Positions 1 through 14,181 are shown, numbered from the stretch's first letter. The stretch: DNA of 64,000 nt from Tubulanus polymorphus (GCF_964204645.1 NC_134029.1:16734950-16798949); one strand, 5' to 3'. A program made the numbers and translations. Notes: generated from the letters alone by a model not told the origin.

Positions 1-150
1 ATATGAAAGTAATGATAAACAATAAGATCATTTTATTGGGTTAATGGTTAGGGTTCCAATACGTTTTGGGTCTAAAGGACCCAGAGGGTTAGGGTAAGGG
101 TCTGTTTTCCCCCAAGATATAGGGTAAGGGTAAGGTTTGGTGCTATAGGC
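1..150. repeat. Interspersed repeat with (GG)TTAGGG-like tracts; related copy on the opposite strand at ~30610-30780
   Basis: Colinear similarity with the reverse complement of 30610-30780 (…aacaataa.atcatt.ta.tggg.tta..ggttagggtt…). Confidence 0.55.
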
Positions 151-1013
151 TATCTTGTTAAAACAATCGGTAAGTCGCGCACTTGTGTGCGGTTACGCAA
201 CGTTAATCGGTCAATCAGCGACGATGTTCGGTAAAATAGCGGAAATAAACACTGCCGTGCGAGCAGTGACTAATCTGTTGAAGAGACTGACTTAAAATAA
301 TCGTTAAACGTGACCTGGCATAACCCTATTTTCACCCAGCCGAACCTGAACAAAAGCAGTTTTTAGGGAGCCTTGGTGGTCTAGCGGGAAGACAGCGCAC
401 TTGCAATATGCTGGCCCGAGTTTCGAGTACTGATTTACTGCTTTATATAGCCTTAAGCTAAGCTCAGGTCCACTTACAACCCGATCATCTCGTCGGAATG
501 GTCTGTGATCTTTATCAGGATCCTTTTCGACATGAGTTTGCTTTCGATGGATTGATCGTAGACCCTTCATAAGTTGAATCGCTATGATAGAACAAGTTCT
601 ATTTCTAGGACCTGATCAGACTGTCGTAGCCAATCAGCGATGAGTTATGCGTCACATGACCTTAAAGTCTGCGATGATCGTCGTAGTCGACCCGAGTGCT
701 CTTACGGCGTTGCGACAAACGAATCGACAATCAACGGTCATGTGTTTACTACCGATGTTCTTATGACGAGATGATCGGGTCATAACACGACCTGAGCTTA
801 GCTTTACTCTTCAAGTCTATCCATTTCCTAAGTAGGCATCCTCGTAGGAGGAACCCTAGGAACAGAAAAAAGATATTTTTGAATTTGTCTGGGAGAAGCC
901 AAGACAGGCTCTACTGCACTTGAGCTGCATTTGAACACTGTTCTGGGTTGCATATTAAAATGAGTTCCCAGACAAACAGTCCAATATAACGGTCCGTATT
1001 TTTTCTTTTTCAG

Positions 1014-1142
1014 AGTAAACCGTTGTTGAAGCTTCCAGCGTTATATCTAATAGATTCGATCATCAAGAATGTTCACAAGAGCTCCTACATTCAGATCTTC
1101 ACACAAAATATAGTCTTCACATTTTGCCATGTGTTTGAAAAG
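1014..1142 (+). CDS. PCF11: PCF11 exon (CTD-interacting domain); upstream exons lie outside the window
   Basis: AG/GT-bounded 129-nt exon translating SKPLLKLPALYLIDSIIKNVHKSSYIQIFTQNIVFTFCHVFEK, matching the Pcf11 CID pattern KLPxxYLxDSIxKN...VFEK. Confidence 0.9.
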
Positions 1143-3443
1143 GTTTGTTGATATAAAATATTTACCATTAGAAAAGATGTTTCCAATTCGCAATTGACTC
1201 CAATGTCAAATATTGTAGTGGATATCTTCTCTTGAAAATTGATTAAGATTAATTCTTGCACTGTTTCTGGATGCCTTTGTAACCTTTCGAAAACTGAAAT
1301 ATAAAATCTGTGGGTAGATTTTTGTTTGCGAAATTTCTAGGTTTAACAAGGTTGCATTTTTTTCGCATAAAAGTGCGATTCAATGTTTTTAAGAATGACT
1401 GATATGTGTGTATTTCTTCTTTTTTTTCTGTGATGAATTGAATAAAATATATACATCGAGTTCTGATAGTGTGGTGTTTCATAAGTTGCTGACTTCTCGA
1501 ATCTCTGTAGCTTGTATTTTGAGAACAGCAATCAACGCAACTACATCGATTATGACGATTTTTAAGGTGTTATTGCCACAGTTGTCACAGTTTTCAAAAG
1601 GAATTCATGGAGCGCCTCTATAGTTTGTGAAATGTAAAAGTTTGCAAAGGCTTGACAGATACGTTCTCATTTCGGCATTTGATATTTTGGAAATGATGAA
1701 ATCTTAAATTCGCTCAAATGGCTTAATTGCTTAAAAGGCCATGCTGATTACAATCGGCACAAGTTTGGAACTTTTACCTTTAGACAAATGAATTAGAACG
1801 ACCTTGTTTCTTGATGCTTCACCAATCGATGGATAAATAAATGAATGGCTAGATAAAGTGTGACAAAACTTGACTGAACTTAATGGAGCATGACTATGAG
1901 TGTGACTCGAGACTTGGAGTTTGGATCATTAAGAGGACTAGTGTGGTGTGTGTTGTGTGATATCATTTTTCAGCACGATACAAGAATAGACCAAGGATGT
2001 GTCAAAGGCTTGAAATCCTGTGCCGGGTCGATATCTGTATTTAGTTCTGTTAATTATGAAGGAAAATAAAGATACATTTTTATGGGTTTTAAGCTTTCAT
2101 ATTAATCTCTGTAGGTTTCAACTCCAGTGTTTATTGAGAATGAGATGTTTCTTCTGTAGGATCACGTTTCAACTCATTCCAAATTTCTAAGCGTGCGACG
2201 TCACATTAGACTCCGCTCAAGTAGGACCCGAAAGATTTGTTTGACTTGAGCAATATCCGAGTTAGATATTAGATATAGTGTTTAAAAGATATTTAAATAA
2301 AGGTGCCAGTTAAACATTTTTCTGAGATGATCAAACTTGAGCTAAGTCTAATAGAAGAGTACAATAAACCTTGCCTTAGTCAAAACGTGCCTTACTCTGA
2401 CAAAAACGAAATAATTTTTCTGACTTGTTAATATAACTTCATTTCCTTAACCCGGATTTTTGCTTACCAATTTTGTCAGGCCCGGTTTGTCCTGTTTTGT
2501 CGGCAAGGTTTATTGTATTGGTTGTGGGGAAATCCTGAACGTTGGAAACCAGGAACATATTTCTCTTGAGAATTGAGGTACTGTGGAATATAGCGGTCCA
2601 TTTGCTCAAGGTCTTTTGATGATGTGGCACATTTTTGCTGTCAGAATTAATCCCTGATTTCAAATTGATAATTTATGTCGAATCACGTCTTCCTTTGTAA
2701 ATGTGGATTTGCTGAAAAAAGTTGATGATTTCTTGTGGCAATTTTATGAACATTTATCCAGGCTTAGAGGAATTTTCTGGTGAAGATTCGGTAACCTGCA
2801 TTATGGAAGTCACATTTTGCTCAGGTAGGTGGAAGATGATTTACAATTTTGTGATTGGTAAGTTTACTGTGGTTTATCTAGGTAAGTGATGTAGAAAATG
2901 ATGATTTCCATAATTCTGGTTTAACTATCTGGCCAAATGCTCAAAATATTGGTTGACTAACCATGTCGGAGTTGATACAACTATACGCTCAATGATACAG
3001 TTAACAACGCTCAATCTTAGGAATTTGAGATCGGTGAATCTGGATTGATAAACAGTGAAATTTAGATTAGACCATATAAACTTACCACACTCCAGATTTA
3101 GCTCCAAACTATCAACAACTTGAAACCACAAAATATATCCTGCACCTTGCTCGGGTAAGTTTGTCTAGCATCTAAATAGAAAGAGAGGGTAGTAGAATAG
3201 CTGCACTGACATGGAGCACAGATAAGTGTACAACCCGCTTTATACAGAATTCAACAGATAAAAACCAAATTTTATTACCAACTCTTAACTAGCGATTATG
3301 GTGAGAGGTTTCTCTTGTTGCTTTAACCGAGGGTCATTCTGAAATGCATAACCTTGGTCTTACTAAATCCCAGTAACCCGTAAACGTTGTGTATTTTGTT
3401 TTCAATTCTTGGTGAACAAAATATGTTTTTGAATTCTGTATAT

Positions 3444-3606
3444 TAAGTGGAACCTCGTTACAGCAAATTTTACGGGCCCAGAAAATATGTTCATTATAAC
3501 CGATAGTTCGATATATCCAGTATGAAATTGAGTTAACAAAATTCTATATTTGTTATATCCGATAAATCATTGTATCCACGTTCGTTATAATGAGGTTCCA
3601 CTGTAG
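3444..3606. mobile_element. Tc1/mariner-type MITE
   Basis: Imperfect TIRs agtggaacctcgtta...taatgaggttccactgta, TA flanked; related copy at 18581-18729. Confidence 0.6.
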
Positions 3607-4501
3607 GTTTTAAACTTAGAAACTGAAAGAATTTAATTATTTGACGCCTAAGGAACAATTTTTTCAAGTTCGATGACCTGGGAGGGTGTATTTTGTACAT
3701 ATTTCAACACATGCCTTAGTTCATTAATAATTATATTGGCTCAGATCTGATATGAATAAGAAAATTTCTAGTTACTGAGGTGGGTGATTCACATGTCTCA
3801 AGTGTTCAATGATAGCAAGTCGGAAAGGAAAATATTACTCAGAGAAATCCCAGTGGTTGGACTTCAACATTCTGATTAAAGTTATATGAAACCAATGTAT
3901 TTCATGAAGTAAGATTTGATGAAATTTCAGTTGATTGAATTTATGTCTGATGATTAATTATGAACATTGGCAACCATGATATTAATCCTTGAAATTATTA
4001 ATGCATCTTGATGTATAAATGAGCTGTAATGTCCAGAGATTTTGACTACACGTGGAGGAGTTGGTAATACTGAATAGGGGCATGGACATATCAACCAGAT
4101 TGGAGCCAGTTTCACAGTTCTCTTAAACATGTACCTTTCAAAAGTGGACTAATTTAACTCAGTGTTACTCCAACTGACAACTTTAGAACTGGGTTCTAGT
4201 TTAGTATATATATTTAGTCCAGAATAGAAGAGAATTGATTTTATTGAGGTTTTCTCGAGTATTGGTTTGAACAACTGAAATAAGTCACAAGGGGGCGTTC
4301 CGTACATGACTATGCAAATATGATGCTAAATTTTTTGATAAGAGTCGAACCCACTTAAGTCGTCATATTTCATGACAATTTTTTATTCCGTTTTTGTATA
4401 TCCAATTCATATGCTGATATGTAGTCAATGTAATGATGGTCCTAGCTATGAAGACTGAAGGGAGTTAGACTGTAGATTTTACTTAGTGAATTTTTTAACA
4501 G

Positions 4502-4690
4502 GGAGATGAGAAAACTCGAGTGGCATTGTTCAAACTACGTCAAACATGGAGCGAAATTTTCCCTCAGAAGAAACTTTATGCTATAGATATCAGAGTGCGA
4601 GCTATCGATCCAGCATGGCCCGTTATGGCTAAACCCCCCGACCCGAGTGGAACTCCAAGTATTCATGTAAATCCTAAATTCATTAAAAAG
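4502..4690 (+). CDS. PCF11: PCF11 exon (end of CID)
   Basis: GDEKTRVALFKLRQTWSEIFPQKKLYAIDIRVRAIDPAWP...SIHVNPKFIKK, characteristic of metazoan Pcf11; canonical splice sites, phase 0. Confidence 0.93.
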
Positions 4691-4951
4691 GTAGGTAAAA
4701 AGCTGGGTTATATACAGTAGACTCCGCCCAAGTCAGATCCCATCAACTCGGAAAACTGTTTAACTTGGATGTTTTTTTTTTAATATTTTTTTGTCATGCT
4801 AAATGAAGTACATTACATTGCAACTTGCGCGAAGTCTACCATATACTAAACTCAAGAAAAAATAGAAATAATTTAGAATAGATGGCATGTTTGAAACAGA
4901 CTGCCGAATTGAATCTGCTTGCATTACTGGGATCATGGGTAAACATTTCAG

Positions 4952-5179
4952 ACTGACCCTCGTTTGAAGCAACAAGAGAAAACTGAGCCTAATGTAGGAA
5001 TATCACCTGAATTACACATACAAGAGAAGGGAGTAGATGAAGAGGCAGCGATGAGAAAACAGTTACTGGCTAAACAACAAGAACTGTTGAAATTGCAACA
5101 GCAACAATTAGAATTAGAACTTCAACAGACTAAAGCAAGAATTGAGCAACAGCAACAACAATTAAAACATAAAGAAAAG
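4952..5179 (+). CDS. PCF11: PCF11 exon (Gln/Leu-rich coiled coil)
   Basis: cag|ACT...AAG|gtaaat; MRKQLLAKQQELLKLQQQQLELELQQTKARIE helix; in phase with the flanking exons. Confidence 0.85.
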
Positions 5180-5237
5180 GTAAATAAGATTTATCTCAGG
5201 GGTCAACCATTTAGGGAGCATCTCAAAAGTTCCATAA

Positions 5238-5966
5238 GGCGCGTTCACATGACGAAATTTAGACCGGTCTAAATTTGGTCCGGTCCAATTTAGAACGGAC
5301 CAAGCGTTCACACGGGCAAAAATACCGTTCCAAATTAGACCGGTCTAATTTGGCACGGTCTAAAAGAGCAAACCAGGTCCGGACGAAATTTTGGACCGGT
5401 CTAAATATGCGTGTGTTGACAGAAACTGGTACCAGGTCCGGTCTTAATCGTAATTCTGAATCTCTGCGGTAGATGTGCAACCTCTGCGGTAGAGTGTGAG
5501 TCCAGTTTTATTAAGTTTTAAATGCTTTTATTACCGTTTATGTAATTATTTTGAAGTACTGTTTTCCTCCCTATTCAATGGAAATATTTGGAGCGTAATT
5601 CGTATTCGTATATCGCGTTCATCATCCGTTTTATTGCCGTGCTTTGAACCGTGTTTAAACGACACTTAGAGTTTCAGCATGATAGAATAAAATCAAATTC
5701 GCAAAAACATATAAACCTGACAGAGGACGAATTGGTCAAATGAAGAATGTCTTGCTCTACTTGGAATCTGGAAGTAAGACTTCATCCAGGCGCAATTAAT
5801 TATTTAGCAGATGGCGACATCTTGTGGGCCCGGTGACAAGCGATTTTATCACCGCGTGTCAAAACGCTGTGTAAACGCTCACCAAAATTTTGTCCGGTCT
5901 AAATTTGGACCGGACCAGGTATGGACCCATTTAGACCGGTCTAACTAGTTGTCGTGTGAACGCTGC
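5238..5966. mobile_element. MITE (PIF/Harbinger-like) with internal palindromic repeats
   Basis: TIRs gcgttcacatgacga / gtcgtgtgaacgc; multiple subterminal (t)tagaccggtctaa palindromes. Confidence 0.6.
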
Positions 5967-6824
5967 TATAGTTGTTTCCATGAGAATAACTCGCGGAAGT
6001 GGGTGGGGGTATGAAGGCCTCCCACGGATTGATCATCACTGCCGAACTATTGATCATTGCTATAGGATTCGAGCATTGATCAAAAAAGGATGTTCCTTAA
6101 GCGTGAACATGCACTCTTCATGAGAAATTTGTGGAGGCCTATTTGTTCATAGGCCTATAGTATAGTATAGTATAGTATCCTTTAATGAGGGTAGAGTTTA
6201 ATAGGTTTATGTTCACCAGCGGGGTTTGATCTAAGCACGTGTCCGATTGCCCAGGACAAGTATATTCTCATCAGGGCAAGTGGGTTATCATTATCACTTG
6301 TCCCCCGCACTAGTGCAATTTTATGTCAATAAGCTTTTTTCCCACTCGATGCAACAGATGATAGTGCCACCAGACTGCCTGTGTAGAGTAAGTAGCTTTT
6401 GGAGGGGGCAAGCAAAATTTCAGACATGCTTGCCCCCTGGGCGAGTGGCTTTCATTCCTTAGATCAGACCCTGAGGTCCAGGGGGACGTTGATAACAGTC
6501 GCTATTTTAGTTGAGGTCAGTGTATTATAATAGAAAAATAAACCTGAAATATTTCAGTCCTTATAGATAGTTTCTTATGTAGATGTTGAACACTTCGTAG
6601 ATGCTGATTTAGTTTTTCCATTTGGAAAAAGGCTGAAAATCCAATTTATTCAATTGGCCTTTTTCCAAATTGGAGGAATTTTCTTGGTCCCAAAAGATTC
6701 GACTTATGCATGCTTTACTGTATAACTTGCACCATTGATAAAACTAACTTAAGACAGTACATTTAAGTTCAGAATAGTCCAATTCACCATCCAATTGATT
6801 TTATCAAGAAATATGTCTTTTCGT

Positions 6825-7507
6825 GGGTTGTAGGTAAAATCCCCTAGGTATATATCCCCTAGGTAAATCCCCTGGGTAAAAATCCCCAAATATTTAAAGT
6901 AGGTAAAAATCCCCACTTGGTGATTTTCAAGAAAATTTCAAAGCAAAATGTTTCTCCAATTTTATTCATTTGCGATGAGACTGAAATATGTTTGAACTGC
7001 GCAATGAATTCTTTTGTTGGGATAAATTCTTAAGTAAACTCTTAGAATAAAATAGATTGTAATTTGTAATATCTTAAATTCGACCTGGAATATTTTTGAA
7101 CTGTGAACTCTAGTTAACTTGTGGTATATTTGAGCTGTGCGATGCCATGGATTATACGCAATAATGAATTTTTAATTTGAAATATTTTAGATCTACCTGG
7201 TAAGCTAGTGTAATATATTTGAAATGTGCAATCCCTTTCATTAAACTGTGCGATAACTTAATGCACTAATTTAGTATCAATAAACTGTTAATTTGTAGTA
7301 TGTTTTAATTCAAATAGTACATATATAGCCTACTATAGTTTGTATGCTCATGATACCCTTATAGTGTTCCACAGTATGAATAAATTGGATATATGTATCA
7401 ATATATAAGAATTAATTGACCTTTAAGATTGTATCTACTTACACCACATTTAGAAGGAGGGGAATTTTTACCTACTTTGAAGAATTGGGGATTTTTACCG
7501 CTAACCC
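6825..7507. mobile_element. Non-autonomous DNA transposon (MITE)
   Basis: TIRs gggttgtaggtaaaatcccc / ggggatttttaccgctaaccc; subterminal 'ggtaaaaatcccc' repeats; similar flanks (ttttcgt/ttttcat). Confidence 0.55.
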
Positions 7508-8565
7508 TTTTCATATGATGTTTGCCGCGTTTATATTCATAGCTTTGTACCTGCTGTGGAACTGTGCAAACAAAAAATAATCCATTTCATCTAATAAGCA
7601 TCTAATAATTCACACTAGGATTCCAGTACGGTACTAAGCGTTCACACTTGGAAATCATTCGAGGCCTATTCGCGGCTTATTCAGTTCCGTACTGAAATAC
7701 GTGGCTTATTAAGCGCGGAATGCAGAGTGCCGAAAACCCGATCTCAGTACGGAACTGAACTGGCTTCGTATTTTCTGATGTGTGAACGCAGATTCGGCTA
7801 GCCGCGTATTTACATCCGCTTAGTGCAATGCACTCAATGCCGAATTGCCGACTCTACATGTGAACTGGCTGTGTAAGCGCCATGTTTTTGTGAATTCAGC
7901 ACCAGCGACGTACGGTACTTCATAAGCGCCAAATCTAGTGTGAACACCGCTATATTGGAAATTGAAAAGCAATCCAGGTGCAAGCATGATTATGATATGG
8001 GGTGTTGTTAAATTTGTGACATTAAGGCGAGCAAGGTCTTGAGAATGCGTCCGGATTGTTGAAATTGATAGAATTAGATATTGAAGTGTCGGGATATCTA
8101 GGGACGAAACTGTATGTAGTATGATATTCAAAGAATTAATTTCGAAATGCAATCTTAACCTCCCGTTTCAGCGTGGCCGCTTGCCTGGAATTCAGAGAAA
8201 AGTCGAGGAATTTTCTTTTCTTAAAAAAGAAGTCAGGAAATTTGGTCAAAAAAAAGCTAAAAATTCGGGAAAATTTGTGGAGATTGCTAGATCGCACGTA
8301 AAAAATGAAACAGTTTCCATCTATGTCTTACGCATTTGACTGTGTTAATTGATTGGTTTTGTAGCCAATCAAGTCGGAAAACAATGTGCATGTCTGGGAA
8401 TAGTCGGGGAAAAGGCAATTCAAATAAAAAGTAGCAACCCTGCGTTTGTGCTGGAATATAGGAATTAGAAACAAGAACCCCTGTCAAATTCCTATATTTA
8501 CCACTCCAATATTTAAACCTTATTCTTGAATAATTACTGTTACTCCTGACCACTTTTCATTACAG

Positions 8566-11048
8566 TTAAAGGCAGCGTACAGTTCAGCTAATCTACCCCT
8601 ACCCTCAGTGGACCCACAGTTAGATATGATTCCACCTTCTCCAGAAGTTACCGAACCAATGGTTTCGGAACCAGTGGTAACGGAACCCGTTAAACCTACA
8701 GTTGTGCCACCACGTCGACGAGATCCACGTCTCGCTAATCGTGACCCCAGATTGGAGACGAAATCTACTGTTGCGCCAGCTGCTTCGGTTACGGGTACTA
8801 TACCAACAGCGTCTGCTGCTGCTCAGGGATTGTCTAATCTAGAAGCAGCTCAAATGTTAGCTCATCAGCTATCACAGATAGCTCATACATCAGGTGTTAA
8901 AAAGAATACACTGGATTTACTGGGTCAGTTACAGGCAGCTTTAACCACACCATCTTCTCAACAGTCCAATAACTCTACAATAGCAGTAAAAACAGAGTCG
9001 GAACCTGCGTCAACTCCTACTGCTGAAGTCGAGCCTAGGTTCTCACATTCAGAGCAATATCAAACAGACCCCTCACAATATCAGAATTCTGTAACAATGA
9101 TGCAAATGCCTATGATGTATCCAGGTCAGTTTCCGTCAATGCCATTTCAAGCTCCTGTAGCAATGACGATGCCTTATCACCAGCAGCAAATGACTGATGC
9201 AATCCCAGCTACCACTGTGCCACTTGACAGCATCCCGATTCCACCATCAAGTTCTGCAGATAACACTAAAACTACAGACGCCAACACTAAAACAAGTAGT
9301 ACAACAAACGTCTATATTAACAATAAGAAGGGTAAAAAGAAAGATGCACAAAAAACTGAAAAACAGAAAGAGATCGAAGCTTGGAAAGAGAAAAAACGTC
9401 TGGAAGAAAATGAAAGACTAAGAAAAGAACGAGAGAGGATAGAATTTAAAGAAAGGGAAAAAGAACGAGAGAGAATCCGTCGTCAAGCGGTTCGTGTATC
9501 ACGTCGATCACCTGAACGTCACAGTAGGCGTAGTGGCAATGGTGAAGAGATTGATGAGTTTGGTCGAATTAAGAAACCACGACCACGGTCGAGATCCCGT
9601 AGCCGTGATCGCGACTCTAGCAGTCGTCGTGGGAGTCCACGTGATTCTAAAGAGAAAGTTTCGTCATCGCGTCGCGAAAGTAAAGATTCACCAAAACGCG
9701 AAGACGACAAATCGAAGAAATTGATTTCGGAACCAGCAATCAAGAAATCAAAACCTTTTAAATCAGAGCAGACAGACTTCGATAAAACGTTGTCTTCGGA
9801 TTCCGATGTGGAGAAACTTAAAATTGATGTCAGTCCTAGTCCAGGGTTTATTCCTAGTCCTACTCCTGCGTTTAAAGATATCATCGGTAAAATTGTGAAA
9901 GATTCGGTTGAAAGAATGCAGGAACGTACAAATGATATAGATGAAGATTTGAGGAAAAATTCCAAACATACCGGAGACATCGATATGAGAGTCCCTGCTG
10001 TAAAAATGTCAGATCAAGAAGATCAACCCAAAGATCGATCTCAAGATATAGATTTGCGTAAAATATCAAGATTTGAAGAGAAACCAAATGATATAGAGAA
10101 TGTAGAACATGATACGCAGGTCTACATAGATTCACAGGATGTAGATATGAGAAAAGGAAGTTTACCTCAGATATTTACTGATAACAGATTTAAAGATAAG
10201 GATCTATGGGTAGAACCTGATAAAGATATGCGAAAGAAAACAATGGCTGACGAATCCGCAGCAAATAATGAAGAAAATGAATCCATCAAAACTGACTTCG
10301 CTGTTGTCCAGAACCCTGATGTAGGGGGTAGTGTCGAAGCAAGTAGTGTCGTTGATACAGCTAGTGCTGTTGAAATAGGAGGGGATGTCGATATGAGACT
10401 TGAATCAATCAAAAATAAATCAGAGGCTGAAAAACCTGTTGAATATCAGGAGCAGAGGGATGATGTAGAGCCAGTTTCCATAGAATCTGCGCATGATACA
10501 GATCTAAGAAAACGTCCGAGCAACAATCCTCAACCAATCAAAGCTCCTGATGTCCAACCAATTGAAAGTTCCAATATTCCACCAATCAAAGCCTCTGATA
10601 CAGATTTAAGAAGTCGGGCGCCAGTTTATAGCACAGATCTGGGAATGAGGATGTCATCAGACGATGATGCATGGCAACATAGACATGATTTCGATATGAG
10701 GCCAGCTCGAAGTGCTGGTAAGGATGTCGATATGAGACTTCCAGCTGAGGAATTCAGAGCAAAACGAGTAGACGCTTTACGCCTCGTGGGTAAGGATGAA
10801 GATATACGAGCCAGGCTGAGTCAATGGGCTCAGAGAGATGACGACAATCGACGAACTCGACCTGCGAGGAAAGATTCGGATACCGATCTGAGATGTGATC
10901 AAGATTTGAGGGTAAAACGAGATCGCGATATTGATATGAGATCTAAAACAGCAGATGTTACAAATGAGAATGTTCAGAGACTGGATGAGGAACCACCGGT
11001 TAAAAAACAACGAAGTGATACTGATGATAAAGAAAACATTTCTGATGA
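8566..11048 (+). CDS. PCF11: PCF11 large low-complexity exon (RDPRL motifs, RS/charged region, DxDMR repeats)
   Basis: Contains the 814-aa ORF; acceptor tacag before 8566, donor gtaagt at 11049; phase 2 matches the next exon. Confidence 0.85.
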
Positions 11049-11160
11049 GTAAGTTTTGGGTTTTCTGTGAAATGCTATCTCTGTTTTGTTTCTCAGAATA
11101 ATGCAATAGCATTTTATTTTTTCATATTTAAAAATGTAGATATTTTTTTCTTTCTTACAG

Positions 11161-12845
11161 CGACTCTTTCAAAGGTAAAGATCAGGACTATCGACAACCT
11201 GGCAAAATAACGAATGCAGGATGGGCAAAGTTTAAAGCGTCACATCCTGATGAGTTCCCCTTCCAGCAACCACAGGAAATGGAGCTGTTAAAATCACCTG
11301 CACCATCTGGGGATTTTGATATGAGAATGGCACCACCGTTGATGGCAAATAGTGAGACGTCGAATGAGGATGAAGAAATACCGCAGGGCGAATTTTCTCC
11401 CGATCCAGTAGAGGAGCGACGAGGCTATCACCATCGTAGAGAATTCTCACCAGATCGTAGACGCAGAGATTATAGAGGTCAAGGTGGTCGATACGGAGGT
11501 CGCAGAAATTCATCAGAAATCACTTCGAGCATTCCGCCTCCTATACCACCACCTGGTGCTCCGATAGAAGATTTAATCTCACATCAAACTGCTATGCTTA
11601 AACACCTCAATAATGAATTATACACGAAAAATTTACACCCGCACAAACGAGGGGAAATAAAAGTCCAGATGGAAAGGTTACGTCAAATGAGAGATATGCT
11701 CCGAAGACGTGCCGATTCTGATGATAAAGGGGGGAGTCTAATGCCGCCACCAGCTCCCCCTGCCGGTTTAATGGAACCCCTCAAAGATTCCCCTAAAGAT
11801 TTGCAGCCGAGACGAGCAGGTGAGCAGATAGAAGTGACAGCAGATGGAGTTGAATTAGTTGTTCCGGGGAAACCAATATTACATACATTCACTCACCTAC
11901 CCCCTCATATTGACCCTGCACAACTTCCATTCGGTGATGAGAACAATTTAGAAGATCGTGAAGAAGTCGTCATTGATCGTAGAACGTTTGAAATCCGTAT
12001 GGGACAGAAGTCACGACGTATTGAATTGGGAGATGAACCATATTGGTTCCGAGTTGATCCATCAAAACGACAAGTGTTTATGAATGATAGAGCTGTTTAT
12101 AAAATCGGAACCCCTATGAAAGAAGTAAAAGTTGGACTACGTAAATTTATGATTTGCTATCGTGGACCAGTGAAAAAGATTTGGATTGACGGAATGCAGT
12201 TTGATGTCAGGTTAAATGGTCCTCCTCAGAAAATCTTTATCGATAACACGCAACATGATATTCGCATAGATGGTTTCCAGAGGAATGAAGTTTACATCGA
12301 TGGAATTGGCCAGGGTCCATTCGGAGGGTCCCCTAGGATCATTATGATTGCATTTACTAAACATGAAATACGTTTCGACCAGCCTAGACGCGAAATTCTA
12401 ATCGATGGCAAAATTTGTCAGTTGCATTTAGATTACCCAGTTCCAGTTATATTCATGGGTGATAAGCCACATGGAATATGTTTTGATGGACCTCCACGTG
12501 ACCTTTATATTGACAGTAAAGCTTACCGGCTACCAATGGATAATACGGCAATAATCAGAATCGGGCCACGACCGCATCGTGTTGCGTTTCTTGGGCCGGG
12601 CCACGAGGTTATGATAGATGGACGAACCTATGAGGTATTTTTTGATGCGCCTCCACGAGAAATCAATATCAGTGGTCGTTTACATAATCTCTCTTTGAAA
12701 GGACCGCCGCCTGAAGTAAAAATACTCGATGAAATTCCTGTCGACCCTGCCACAGGCGAATTGTTGTTTGTCCCGAAGTCGTTCATGGAAGCCAATAAAA
12801 AAGATAAATATGGGCGATTAGAGAAACAGGCAAAATCGTACAGAG
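11161..12845 (+). CDS. PCF11: PCF11 exon with a GPP/IDG beta-rich repeat region
   Basis: Contains most of the 547-aa ORF; acceptor ttacag ends at 11160, donor at 12846; phases consistent. Confidence 0.82.
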
Positions 12846-12953
12846 GTTCGTTTGATTTGTTCTCTTTAAACATGCCGGTAATCAACTTCTCGTTTAGCGT
12901 ACTCATGTGTTTATTTGAGTAAGTAAAAAACTGACGTTGATTTATTTCTGCAG

Positions 12954-13145
12954 AGTATTTAAAGAAATCCGAATCATATGACTCAAATGGACAGATGTGT
13001 CCAACCGGTCCTGCTATGAATATGATGGGTATGCCTGGACTAATGAACCCTATGGGCTTAATGATGGGAACAATGCCTGGAATGATGAACCCCATGGGAA
13101 TGATGATGACTCCGGATATCAGAATGCAAATGATGCAAGGAATGG
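12954..13145 (+). CDS. PCF11: PCF11 exon (Met/Gly/Pro-rich)
   Basis: ctgcag|...G|gtaagt; phase 1 at both ends. Confidence 0.75.
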
Positions 13146-13858
13146 GTAAGTCTTTTAAATTCCAGGCTCCCTCAATTGTGAACATGACAACATGGCTATA
13201 TATAAGAGATATTTAATCCAAAAAAAATTGATGAATCAGTTAGGTTGAATTTTGCTAGAATTAGCCCAAGAAAGATAAGTACTCCTTTAGAAAGTCCAGA
13301 GTTAATTGGACTTTAACTGGAACAGACTTAACTAAAAGCACGGCAAGGAAAGTTACTTCTTCCTAATGAAAACGTTTTCGATGTGTTTTGCTGTTCGATG
13401 AAATCAAAACAAGAAACACCGAACAGAAAAATGTTTTAGCGAAACAAGCACTGCTCATTGATTTGATTATTAATTGTTTTTTGCGTCGTCGAAAGAATTT
13501 TTCATCTCATCCATTGCTGAATAATCATTCACCGAGAATAGCTGTTCCACATGACATGACAGAAAAATTTGACGATGTAAAAAGTTTTGCCATGGATTCC
13601 ATGCTTTAATAACTGTTCTCTAAACATTACTGTCATGCTCATTTGCGTTTTGTGAAAAATGTGTTTTCTGTTTTGATGAAACAAACATATGCGATGTGCT
13701 TTGGGTTTAAGCATGTATTGACTTTGTATATTTTATGATTCTGATTGATAAAACTTATTTATATTTGAATAAATTGTATGTAAAAATATGTACGAGGATT
13801 CTTTCTTTAATTAAAGGTTGAAAGCCTGCACTATTTTGAATCATGTTATTTCTTTTAG

Positions 13859-14181
13859 CTAACCCAATGATGGCGATGAATCCGATGATGGCTCAAATGC
13901 AGCAACAGATGATGATGCAGCAATCAATGCAAGCTGGACAGATGATGCCAAACATGATGAATCAGCCAGTTGTATCTCAGCAGAGTATTGTATCACCCCA
14001 ACAACCAGCTGCAGTAACATCCTCCGAACAGTCGGAACAGAAAACTGCTGAGTCATCCTCATCCTCCGTTAATGTGATGGATTTATTGAATAAATTGAAA
14101 ATGTTTGGAATGTTGAACGAACAGAAGAAAAAAGAGGAAGAAGAAAGAAATTCATCAAACAATTCATCTGAAATTAAAACG
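13859..14181 (+). CDS. PCF11: PCF11 exon
   Basis: ttttag|CT AAC...ACG|gtaaaa; VNVMDLLNKLKMFGML helix similar to the Pcf11 'DLxxKLxxxGxL' segment. Confidence 0.78.

Noticed and set aside
9197-13185. Several antisense and alternate-frame ORFs over PCF11 exons
   Set aside because: Shadow ORFs of long coding exons; no independent motifs
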